Origin: Candidatus Parcubacteria bacterium
GTDB lineage: Bacteria; Patescibacteriota; Saccharimonadia; UBA4664; JBIOIQ01
Direction: 5' to 3'
Length of the DNA stretch: 64,000 bases
Assembly: GCA_963718875.1 (NCBI GenBank)
Contig: OY970378.1
Coordinates: forward strand, 477,373 to 541,372
Within the stretch, counting starts at the first letter, position 1, and every line of letters starts with the position of its first letter. Positions 9,583 to 17,628 of the stretch are shown piece by piece. The notes under the pieces were generated by a model, which was not told the origin of the DNA, did no database searches, and was given only the letters and a program-made list of their open reading frames with translations. The translations under genes were made by a program, and so were the position numbers.

Positions 9583-9854
9583 CCAATGTCGTCCCGACAC
9601 CTTGCCTTGATTAAGATAGGTACCACCAAACTGTCAGTACTTTTTATTTTTAGCTCTTTAGTCCAGCCTAAGACCGTTTGAGATGATTTATGTCTTTTTT
9701 GGTGTTATCTCAAGTTTATGGCATTCAAAGTCTAAGTTCTGTAGCGAGGGTAACTTATAATCCTTTTGGCTGCCTAAGGTAGTACTTTGACTACTGACAG
9801 TTTGGTGGTGCCTAGTTAAAACACCACCAGTGGATGTGTCTGGTTGATACTTTT
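9583..9854 (+). mobile_element. MITE-like ~270-bp element, copy 1
   Basis: Terminal inverted repeats GGTACCACCAAACTGTCAGTAC (9619-9640) and CTACTGACAGTTTGGTGGTGCC (9791-9812); whole segment recurs reverse-complemented at 26812-27083 with only about ten differences in the core, by hand alignment. Confidence 0.75.
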
Positions 9855-10002
9855 ATAAATGGTATTCGTGATGAATCCCGGCGTTAATTTAAAGAGAGCT
9901 CAAGGCCATTAAAAAGCCACCGTGAGCTCTTTGAAGATCCATTTCGCTACTTAAAAGTATGGCCGTTTTTCGTTTAAGTGGACAGAACCGAAGCCTTTGT
10001 GC

Positions 10003-10031
10003 TTGACAGGCTTAATGGGTTTCGCTAATAT
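10003..10031 (+). promoter_or_regulatory. Strong sigma70-type promoter
   Basis: TTGACA 10003-10008, 17-nt spacer, TAATAT 10026-10031. Confidence 0.6.
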
Positions 10032-10038
10032 AGCATTC

Positions 10039-10140
10039 ATGAAGTCTCAAAAAATGTGTGTACAACTAACCACGACTCGCCGACAAGCTTTGGCTCTTGG
10101 CGTTTTAATTGTGGCCGCACGCAGTGAGAGGCTTTTGTAA
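10039..10140 (+). CDS. Candidate leaderless 33-codon small hydrophobic peptide (or sRNA)
   Basis: ATG lies 7 nt after the -10; translation MKSQKMCVQLTTTRRQALALGVLIVAARSERLL; unit ends at the terminator 10167-10193. Confidence 0.3.
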   Translation: MKSQKMCVQLTTTRRQALALGVLIVAARSERLL

Positions 10141-10166
10141 CTTTTCCTAAAGAGTAGAATTTTTGC

Positions 10167-10193
10167 AAGAGCCTCCAACCGGAGGCTCTTTTT
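10167..10193 (+). terminator. Intrinsic terminator
   Basis: AAGAGCCTCC-AACC-GGAGGCTCTT followed by TTT. Confidence 0.8.
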
Positions 10194-10200
10194 AGTTTTA

Positions 10201-10320
10201 CAACTTACGTACTTGGCACATTTCTGCGGCAGCACTTGTGTTTCTCGCTCAACGTACTTTCGTGTACGTCTCGTTGCGATACTCGGTGCTTTCTTGAACT
10301 GTACTCAAGTGCATAAGTTG
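10201..10320. repeat. Imperfect palindromic intergenic repeat, family copy R2
   Basis: Arms CAACTTACGTACTTGG / CTCAAGTGCATAAGTTG; 5' arm nearly identical to R5 (AACTTACGYACKTGGCACATTTC). Confidence 0.7.
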
Positions 10321-10335
10321 TAAGAATAGCGTTAT

Positions 10336-10412
10336 GGGGACTAGGTGTCTGGGCTATGACACGTCTTGCATTATCGGTGCAAGGAAGGAGGTTCAAATCC
10401 TCAAGTCTCCAC
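10336..10412 (+). tRNA. tRNA-like gene: Ala-type acceptor stem, canonical D and T loops, aberrant anticodon arm
   Basis: Acceptor GGGGACT/AGTCTCC with G3:U70 and discriminator A; D stem GTGT/ACAC with a GG-containing loop; T loop GGTTCAAATCC; anticodon arm is a 7-bp helix with loop TTATCGG (central triplet ATC) and only a 2-nt variable region; CCA not encoded. Confidence 0.5.
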
Positions 10413-10890
10413 TGCAGTACCTACCAAAACCAAAAAAGGGGAAAGTAGTGAGAAATTCTGTTCGAAGCCTCCCTGGATGGACCACCTGTTCTCTTCACTT
10501 TGGGGCGAGTTCTATCGCAGAAGCTCGGGTGAAAGCTCTAGGGTTGGTGGGCATGGCCGATGACGCCTCAGTTAAGGCGGCATTAAGGGGCTGGACCATC
10601 AGGCAGGTGATAGTTCGGGATGAGCGTTTCATCGCTTTGGTCGCAGAGCTAGAAGTTCTTGGAGTACATCTCAAAGAAAAGGGCGTTCCGCGCTCGTGGA
10701 GGGTCTCGAAAGAAGAAGCTTCAACTCTCGCTGCTCAGTAGTACAGGGAGTCGTCCATCTGATGGGAGGAAGCCCAAACAGGGTGGACAAGGGTGCTGCA
10801 AAAAGTTTTAAAGTTGGCGATCCTAACTTTGAGACTTGGCCTCCGAAAGACGTGATAACAGCGTGTCTTTTGGGGGCCTTACCCATGTTA
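10413..10890 (+). other. G+C-enriched segment of uncertain coding status, downstream of the tRNA-like gene
   Basis: ORF 10334..10741 begins inside the tRNA-like element; only its C-terminal ~60 codons (MADDASVKAALRGW..EEASTLAAQ) look protein-like. Confidence 0.25.
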
Positions 10891-10901
10891 TAATTTACGT
10901 C

Positions 10902-11162
10902 ATGATAGCCTACATTTTGTACAATAAAGATACCCCAATGGAGCGCGATGTACGGTATTTTGCCAAGCGTCTCGAATCGTTACAGGTGCAAAGCAAACTA
11001 GTTGAAGCCGATTCAGTTGAAGGAATTAGTTTTACGGAAAATTATGACTTACTTGCTCGACCGTCGCTTGTTTTAGCTACAGACAATGGCGTACTTATTG
11101 AGCGTTGGCAGGGTGAGCTACCTTTGGTGGAAAATGTAAGTTATTTGGCTCACCAATCGTGA
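10902..11162 (+). CDS. Hypothetical 86-aa protein (leaderless start)
   Basis: Extended -10 TGTTATAAT at 10886-10894, ATG 7 nt downstream; lies between ftsZ and yggT, where sepF/ylm genes sit in Firmicutes, but no SepF motif was recognised. Confidence 0.55.
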   Translation: MIAYILYNKDTPMERDVRYFAKRLESLQVQSKLVEADSVEGISFTENYDLLARPSLVLATDNGVLIERWQGELPLVENVSYLAHQS

Positions 11163-11227
11163 CGCAAAAATGCTCTTGTCGCTCAATGGGCTGTCCCGGC
11201 AAGTACTTTCAAGAAAGTTGGTCGTAG

Positions 11228-11500
11228 GTGAGCCAGTTTGTAAGCATTCTGTTAGTGTTTTTTAACTTATTTGTTATTGCCTTTAATGCTATTTTGATTA
11301 TACGGATTGTTGTAAGCTGGATTATGCCCGACATGCAGGCAAATTGGTTTGGTCGCTTATTGATTGATACAACTGAACCAATATTGGCACCGGTGAGGAA
11401 AATTTTACCGGGGGGTGGAATGATTGATTTGGCGCCGATGGTGACAATAATTGGTCTTTACGCCTTGCGAACATTGATATTTAGTTTGCTATTTCGCTAG
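11228..11500 (+). CDS. yggT: YggT/YlmG family membrane protein
   Basis: 90 aa, two TM helices, typical YggT layout; conserved position between ftsZ and ileS. Confidence 0.75.
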   Translation: MSQFVSILLVFFNLFVIAFNAILIIRIVVSWIMPDMQANWFGRLLIDTTEPILAPVRKILPGGGMIDLAPMVTIIGLYALRTLIFSLLFR

Positions 11501-11559
11501 CAATGCGTCATTATGTGGGTACAAAGTAAAAGCGTGTCGACTAAATGACAAGTGGTTAT

Positions 11560-11711
11560 CAGCCACTAGCTAGCGAGAAGAACAGCAAGCTAATTGCCTA
11601 CTAGACCTTGCCGGTGTGCCCCGTAAGAGCACAAATGAAGTGTCCATCTGGATAAGCAGGGTGGTACCTCCCGTTAGAAGTAATGGGACCCTGCAAACGG
11701 ATGGTTTTTTT
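11560..11711 (+). promoter_or_regulatory. T-box leader upstream of ileS
   Basis: T-box sequence AGGGTGGTACC at 11658-11668, then a hairpin ending in T7 (11704-11710); RBS AGGAG at 11717-11721; 5' boundary approximate. Confidence 0.7.
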
Positions 11712-11728
11712 ATTGTAGGAGATGAAGA

Positions 11729-14700
11729 ATGAAAAAAGTCGAACAAGCTAACTTTCCCGAATTTGAGCAAGAGATGCTTAAAATATGGGATAAGGAAAAG
11801 ACTTTTGAACAAAGCCTAGAGCTACGAAAAGGATCCAAGCGGTTTAGTTTTTACGATGGGCCTCCTTTTGCTAATGGCCTGCCACATTATGGACACGTTG
11901 TAGCAATCACCGAAAAGGATTCGATGACACGTTACAAAACTATGCGTGGGTATTTTGTGCCTCGCCGGAATGGTTGGGACACTCATGGGCTACCGGTAGA
12001 GTATGAAGTCGAAAAACAGTTAGGTATTTCAGGGAAAAAACAGATACAGGAAATGGGAGTAGATAAGTTTAATGAAGCCGCCAGGGCCAGTGTCTTTAAA
12101 TACAAAGAGCATTGGGAAGATTTTATGACTCGTATTGGCCGATGGGCCGATAAAAACTCGTATGCTACTTTGGACGATAGCTATATTGAAAGTGTTTGGT
12201 GGGTTTTAGGTCAGCTTCATGAAAAGGGTTTGATATATCGAGGATTCCGCTCTAACCCGTATTGCCCACGATGCGCCACTCCTCTTTCTAATTTTGAGGT
12301 GAACCAGAATTATAAGGACAATGTGTTGGACCCAAGCGTTTTTGTGAAGTTCGCTTTGGTTGAAGATCCGAACACAAGCCTGCTGGCTTGGACGACGACT
12401 CCATGGACGCTTCCGGCCAATGCGGCTTTGGCTGTTGATTCGGCGGCTGAATACGTGACGGTAGAATTGTTGGCGGATGGTGATGGTTGGGAAAAGGGGG
12501 AGAAGCTGATACTCGCGAAGAAGCGGATTGGTGAACTGGATCTGAGGAAGGCTGAGTATAAGGTAGTTAAAACACAGCAGGGCAAAGAGTTAGTCAATAA
12601 AATGTACTCTTCATTGTATGACTTGGCGATGAAAAGGCCTCCCGTTGAGTGGTCAGGTGCATCCGAAGGTCAACCTGGCCGCCCCAGAGCCAACCAAGTT
12701 TATGAGGATGACTCGGTTAGTCTTGAGGATGGGACCGGTATTTTACATATTGCTCCAAGATATGGAGAAGCCGATCTAGATTTGGGCATTAGGGAAGACT
12801 TGCCACTAATAGAAAGCGTTGATGGTAATGGACTTATGGCGGAGTCTTTTAAAGAAATTTCCGGGCTTGAAGACATTGTCGGGATGTTTTTTAAGAAGGC
12901 TGACCCGTTAATTATCGAGGATCTAGCTAAAAAAGGTCGCATCTTTGCCGCCGAATCTTTTGAGCATACTTACCCGTTTTGTTGGCGCTGCGAAACGCCG
13001 TTGATGTATTTTGCTATGCCGAGCTGGTTTGTAAAGGTAACAGAATTAAGAGACAAGCTGGTGGCTAACAACGAAAAAATCAATTGGGTGCCTAAGCATA
13101 TTAAGACTGGTCGTTTTGGTAATTGGCTGGCCGAGGCGCGCGACTGGAATTTTAGCCGCAATCGGTTTTGGGGTGCGCCTATCCCAATTTGGGTTAATGT
13201 GGACGACGAAACTGACTTGATCATAATCAAGTCAGTCCAAGAGCTGGAAGAGCTTTCTGGAGTTAAAGGAATTGATTTGCATCGTCCGAGTATAGATGTG
13301 GTTATACTCGAGCGCGACGGCAAAACATATAAACGAGTGGAAGAGGTGTTTGACTGCTGGTTTGAAAGCGGGTCAATGCCTTATGCCCAAGATCATTATC
13401 CGTTTGATGATAAAGAGAATTTTGATGATAAATTTCCGGCGGAGTTTATAGCCGAAGGCTTGGATCAGACGCGGGGCTGGTTTTACACCCTCCATGTTCT
13501 TGGCACGGCTTTGTTTGACAAGCCGGCGTTTAAGAATGTTATTGTTCACGGAATGGTTCTGGCGGCAGACGGGAAAAAGCTTAGTAAAAGATTAAGAAAT
13601 TACCCTGAACCATCAGAAATTTTTAATGGGACTGGAGCTGATAGTCTAAGGTTTTTCCTTATGAGTAGCCCAGTTGAAAATGGCGAAGATGTTCGTTTTA
13701 GCTACGATGCAGTCAATGAAGTTAAGCGCAACGTCTTTATGACGCTATGGAACGTCTTATCCTTCTTTACGACCTATGCCGAAATTGATAAATGGAAACC
13801 GAATACAAAAATTGTACAGCCTAAATCAAATAATGTCTTAGACGAATGGATGCTTGTAAGGCTAAACCAAACAACAGCCATCATGACGAAAGCGGCGGAT
13901 AGCTACCAGATTTCAAAAGCCGTAGAACCTTTAAAGGACTTGATTGACGATTTATCCAATTGGTACGTAAGACGTAGTAGGCGAAGGTTTGCCAAGAACG
14001 AAAGTAAGGCTGATAAGCTTCAAGCATTTGAAACGTTGCACTACGTATTGTTGCGAACTTCACAACTACTTGCACCTTGGTCGCCGTTTGTAAGCGATAA
14101 GGTGTGGCGAATTATTACCGAGGGAATGGATATTCCCCGCTCTGTGCATTTGAGTGACTGGCCGGAAGTTGGAGAAATTAGTAATGGAATATTACTCAAT
14201 GACATGAAAGAAATGCGTGATTTAGTTACCGAAGGTTTGGCTCAGAGGGCGGCAGCAGGAATTAAGGTGCGCCAGCCTTTAGCAGATGCACGATACGCAG
14301 GCAAAAAGCTGGATGATAGGTTAGTTGAAATTGCGGCCGAAGAGCTCAACGTCAAGCGACTTATAAATGACCCCACAGAAGAGGAAATTTCAAGTCGATT
14401 TGAAAAGATTGTTCCCGGTTCGACTGGTTTCAAACATGAGCCAGGGTTGCCGTCCAAACTGGTTTCCGTAAGTCGATTGGATAATCTTGTTGATCAAGAT
14501 TCTGGTGTCGAACAACTTGAAGAAAGTTTGAGTATAAAAAAAATAATATTGAATACTGAAATGACTCAAGAGTTAAAGCTGGAAGGCTTGGCGCGGGATC
14601 TTATACGCCAAGTGCAAGTTGCGCGCAAAGAGGCCGATCTTCAAGCCAATGACGTCATAAATCTGCTACTTGGAGTTGAAGGCGAGGCTGCAGAGGCGGC

Positions 14701-14830
14701 AAAGGCTTATGCTGAGATGATAGGCCGCGAGACTCTTGCCCAAGACTTTAAGGTCAGTAACATTGATCCGAGTGTTGTTCCGATACGGTTGGCGGGACAC
14801 GATATTACAATTGATTTAAGTAAGGCCTGA
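11729..14830 (+). CDS. ileS: Isoleucyl-tRNA synthetase
   Basis: HIGH-type motif PHYGHV, KMSKS-type KLSKRL, CP1 editing region; 1033 aa. Confidence 0.95.
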   Translation: MKKVEQANFPEFEQEMLKIWDKEKTFEQSLELRKGSKRFSFYDGPPFANGLPHYGHVVAITEKDSMTRYKTMRGYFVPRRNGWDTHGLPVEYEVEKQLGISGKKQIQEMGVDKFNEAARASVFKYKEHWEDFMTRIGRWADKNSYATLDDSYIESVWWVLGQLHEKGLIYRGFRSNPYCPRCATPLSNFEVNQNYKDNVLDPSVFVKFALVEDPNTSLLAWTTTPWTLPANAALAVDSAAEYVTVELLADGDGWEKGEKLILAKKRIGELDLRKAEYKVVKTQQGKELVNKMYSSLYDLAMKRPPVEWSGASEGQPGRPRANQVYEDDSVSLEDGTGILHIAPRYGEADLDLGIREDLPLIESVDGNGLMAESFKEISGLEDIVGMFFKKADPLIIEDLAKKGRIFAAESFEHTYPFCWRCETPLMYFAMPSWFVKVTELRDKLVANNEKINWVPKHIKTGRFGNWLAEARDWNFSRNRFWGAPIPIWVNVDDETDLIIIKSVQELEELSGVKGIDLHRPSIDVVILERDGKTYKRVEEVFDCWFESGSMPYAQDHYPFDDKENFDDKFPAEFIAEGLDQTRGWFYTLHVLGTALFDKPAFKNVIVHGMVLAADGKKLSKRLRNYPEPSEIFNGTGADSLRFFLMSSPVENGEDVRFSYDAVNEVKRNVFMTLWNVLSFFTTYAEIDKWKPNTKIVQPKSNNVLDEWMLVRLNQTTAIMTKAADSYQISKAVEPLKDLIDDLSNWYVRRSRRRFAKNESKADKLQAFETLHYVLLRTSQLLAPWSPFVSDKVWRIITEGMDIPRSVHLSDWPEVGEISNGILLNDMKEMRDLVTEGLAQRAAAGIKVRQPLADARYAGKKLDDRLVEIAAEELNVKRLINDPTEEEISSRFEKIVPGSTGFKHEPGLPSKLVSVSRLDNLVDQDSGVEQLEESLSIKKIILNTEMTQELKLEGLARDLIRQVQVARKEADLQANDVINLLLGVEGEAAEAAKAYAEMIGRETLAQDFKVSNIDPSVVPIRLAGHDITIDLSKA

Positions 14831-14873
14831 TTCGGGTCGGCTTGATGCATAAAAAGCTGTACAATATACGGTA

Positions 14874-15983
14874 ATGCTTCGTAAACGGTTTTGGAAAAAC
14901 TTTGATTTTATTTTGCTAGTAGTAGCTTTGTTGCTGGCGCTTGTAGGCATATTGGTTTTGTACTCTATTGGTTTTAAGGTAGCGAACTTGGCTTCTCCTG
15001 TGGCTGTGCGTAACCAGATAGTTTTTGCCGTGATTGGTGTTGTGGGGCTGCTTGTTTTCGCGGTGGTTGATTATAGAAGTTGGACTAAGTTCACACCGTT
15101 CCTTTACGTTGCAATGGTAGTACTCCTAGGAGTTGTACTTATAGCAGGAAAGTCTGCACTGGGAGCAACCAGGTGGATCAACTTAGGGTTTTTCCAGTTT
15201 CAGCCTTCAGAATTAGCAAAATTGGTGTTGATTGTGATATTAGCGCGCTTTTTTGCAACACACTATGATCAAATGGACAAGCCTCGCTATATTATCCAAT
15301 CGGCTATTTATATGCTTATTCCAGCAGTCCTAGTTCTTACGCAACCCGATCTTGGTACAGCCATGGTTTTGGGCGTTATTTGGCTGGTAATGATTCTAAC
15401 CACAAAAGCGCCAAAAATGTTGTTTGTGGTGTTAGGAGTTGTGGGCTCAATGTTACTACCTACTGCATATCATTTTTTAGGCGACTATCAAAAAGCCCGC
15501 ATCGCGGTGTTTCTAAATCCTTCGGTTGATCCTCAAGGGCGTGGGTTCAATGTTATCCAATCGACTATTGCAGTAGGGAGTGGGCAGCTTTTTGGCCGGG
15601 GTCTAGCTGCTGGTAGCCAGAGCCAACTCAACTTTTTGCCCAGCCAGCATACTGACTTTATATTTGCGGTCTTGACCGAGAAGATGGGGTTTATCGGTGG
15701 TTCCTTGTTGCTGTTAATGTTTGGCTTGTTACTCGCCAGAGGACTATTAATAGCTTATCGTGCCCAAGATCGTTTTGGGCTATTTCTAGCGGTTGGTATA
15801 GTAACGATGTTTGCGTTTCATGTTTTTATTAATGTAGGGATGAACATGGGGATTATGCCGGTTACAGGGATACCATTGCCGTTTGTCAGCTACGGTGGCA
15901 CCAGCTTACTGATAGGAATGATTGGAGTGGGACTATTGGAGTCTGTTAATGTTCGGCGCAAAAAACTGGAGTTTGGAAACTAA
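14874..15983 (+). CDS. SEDS-family peptidoglycan polymerase (FtsW/RodA)
   Basis: About ten TM helices, FQPSELAK and DFIFAV motifs; cannot distinguish FtsW from RodA. Confidence 0.85.
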   Translation: MLRKRFWKNFDFILLVVALLLALVGILVLYSIGFKVANLASPVAVRNQIVFAVIGVVGLLVFAVVDYRSWTKFTPFLYVAMVVLLGVVLIAGKSALGATRWINLGFFQFQPSELAKLVLIVILARFFATHYDQMDKPRYIIQSAIYMLIPAVLVLTQPDLGTAMVLGVIWLVMILTTKAPKMLFVVLGVVGSMLLPTAYHFLGDYQKARIAVFLNPSVDPQGRGFNVIQSTIAVGSGQLFGRGLAAGSQSQLNFLPSQHTDFIFAVLTEKMGFIGGSLLLLMFGLLLARGLLIAYRAQDRFGLFLAVGIVTMFAFHVFINVGMNMGIMPVTGIPLPFVSYGGTSLLIGMIGVGLLESVNVRRKKLEFGN

Positions 15984-16052
15984 AAATTTATAAAACACTG
16001 GCTTTGTTTTTTTTGATATAATCGAGGTGGCGAAGAGGAGGAAGGTGGATCT

Positions 16053-16454
16053 ATGCAGACGAATGCTGTGCGTTTACGCCAGTTACGTCCGCGCAAGAAA
16101 GACTTGAATTTCTTCACGGTTGAGGACATGCAACGATGGGCTCGGAACCGCCGCAAACCTCCTTACATACCAGTGCAAACGGCAACAGCTGCTTTTGGCC
16201 TGATTTTGCAGCAGGCTAATATACTGGAAATTGAGGTGAGGTGTGCACTAGGCAGTAACTGTAGAATCAAGGTAGGGTGGACTCTAGGCAAGAAAAGATA
16301 TTGCACGGCGGTCCACTGGGTGAATCGTCGTGATTTTGTCCGCTGTCGGTTCGAAACGTTCCGCTCAGTTAAACGAGGTGGGCCTGTACTCGCCGGAACG
16401 CTTTGCCGCTACCAGGAGTACCTGAGGCATGGAGGGGGGAGGAAGGTCGCTTAA
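16053..16454 (+). CDS. Hypothetical basic Cys-containing 133-aa protein (alternatively a structured rplU leader)
   Basis: Extended -10 TGATATAAT at 16013-16021, purine-rich SD before the ATG; stop codon sits in the loop of hairpin GGAGGAAGGT..ACCTTCCTCC; the 5' GGAGGAAGGT at 16039-16048 could pair alternatively with the same 3' arm. Confidence 0.35.
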   Translation: MQTNAVRLRQLRPRKKDLNFFTVEDMQRWARNRRKPPYIPVQTATAAFGLILQQANILEIEVRCALGSNCRIKVGWTLGKKRYCTAVHWVNRRDFVRCRFETFRSVKRGGPVLAGTLCRYQEYLRHGGGRKVA

Positions 16455-16534
16455 GGGCTACCTTCCTCCCATGGTCTTTACATACGAGGCCAAACCTGGT
16501 ATTATTCCAAGGTTATCAATTTAAGAAAAGTTAT

Positions 16535-16834
16535 ATGCAAGCAATTATCACCACTGGTGGCAAACAATACATCGTAGCCAAGGACCAAACTCTAGAGGTA
16601 GAGTTATTGGGCGAAGTCAAAAAACTTGAATTTGACGTACTTATGACTATGGATGGGGATAAATTTCAAGTTGGCGCACCTTTTGTGGCTGGTGTTAAAG
16701 TAAAGGCCGAAGTGTTAGAGGAAACAAAGGGTGAAAAAATTAAAGTTTTAAAGTTTAAGGCGAAAAAGCGCGTCAAAAAGCTTACTGGCCACCGTCAGCA
16801 CTATTCCAAGATTAAAATCGTCTCCATCGGTTAA
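16535..16834 (+). CDS. rplU: 50S ribosomal protein L21
   Basis: MQAIITTGGKQYIV.. start; ORF track start 16403 is an upstream extension. Confidence 0.9.
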   Translation: MQAIITTGGKQYIVAKDQTLEVELLGEVKKLEFDVLMTMDGDKFQVGAPFVAGVKVKAEVLEETKGEKIKVLKFKAKKRVKKLTGHRQHYSKIKIVSIG

Positions 16835-16835
16835 A

Positions 16836-16861
16836 AAGCCGCCCAACCGGGCGGTTTTTTA
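16836..16861 (+). terminator. Intrinsic terminator after rplU
   Basis: GCCGCCC-AACC-GGGCGG followed by T6. Confidence 0.85.
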
Positions 16862-16953
16862 GTTAAGGCTCAAATATTGGATTGCTACTTGAAATATTTA
16901 TAATCAACACATATAATGGTGGTACCGTCAATCAAGCCTTAGGAGGCCGACGA

Positions 16954-17499
16954 ATGCTCAAGAGACCCCTTATCACGCGTCCGATTGAGGATGTTGTCGC
17001 GGACATCCTCGATCTCGATCTCGGACCGATCAGGTTCACGCTCGTTCGTCGAGGCTGGACCGGAGGTCTGGCTGACCGCTTCATCACGGAGTACCGCCGC
17101 CTTCTTGAGCTGATGGTGCGGTTTCCAGATGATGTCATCGTCCCTTCGGAGGACGTGGATACCGTCTGGCACACCCACATCCTCGACACGGCCAGGTACC
17201 GCGATGACTGCATGCGGATCTTCGGCTTCTTCCTCGACCATTTCCCGTATTTGGGCACGCGTGGATCTGACGACGAGGATGAACTTCGTCGGCTGTACAC
17301 CCGATCGCGGGAGCTGTATGAGCAGACGTTCGGCCATCGGACGGTGTCTACGGCATCGGCCTGCTCCGCGTTCGGAGCTGGGAATGGAGATGTACCCGTT
17401 CCAGCTCTGGTTGGAGCAGCCACAGTGGCGTATTGTGGCGGGGGTGGCGGAAAGCCGTCGTCTGCTCCTAGCTACCACCAAGGTGGTAGCTGTGGCTGA
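16954..17499 (+). CDS. G+C-rich foreign-looking gene: glycine-rich-domain (GRDP/DUF1399-like) protein
   Basis: AGGAGG 7 nt before ATG 16954; DTVWHTHILDT motif and Gly-rich tail; G/C-biased third positions; strong hairpin GTTGATGGTGGCGG..CCGCCACCATCAAC downstream. Confidence 0.6.
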   Translation: MLKRPLITRPIEDVVADILDLDLGPIRFTLVRRGWTGGLADRFITEYRRLLELMVRFPDDVIVPSEDVDTVWHTHILDTARYRDDCMRIFGFFLDHFPYLGTRGSDDEDELRRLYTRSRELYEQTFGHRTVSTASACSAFGAGNGDVPVPALVGAATVAYCGGGGGKPSSAPSYHQGGSCG

Positions 17500-17628
17500 G
17501 GGTCTTGAAGTAAGGTTGATGGTGGCGGTTACGGCCGCCACCATCAACTTGATACAAATGTTTATGAAGTTAGCTCGTTCGCACCATAACCGGTAATCTG
17601 GTACAATCTACTCTAGAAACGAGGGATT

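Noticed and set aside
10336-10890. Interpreting the tRNA-like element plus downstream region as a tmRNA (ORF ending ..STLAAQ)
   Set aside because: Both acceptor strands and the T arm lie within 77 nt, with only a short hairpin between them. There are no pseudoknot-rich body and no resume-codon context, and the putative tag does not end in the usual ..LAA. The layout matches neither standard nor permuted tmRNA.
16932-17596. Antisense and alternative-frame ORFs over the GRDP-like gene (16932..17423 -, 16939..17547 -, 17129..17596 +)
   Set aside because: This is the same high-G+C artefact. Only the 16954..17499 frame has an AGGAGG RBS and a recognisable motif.
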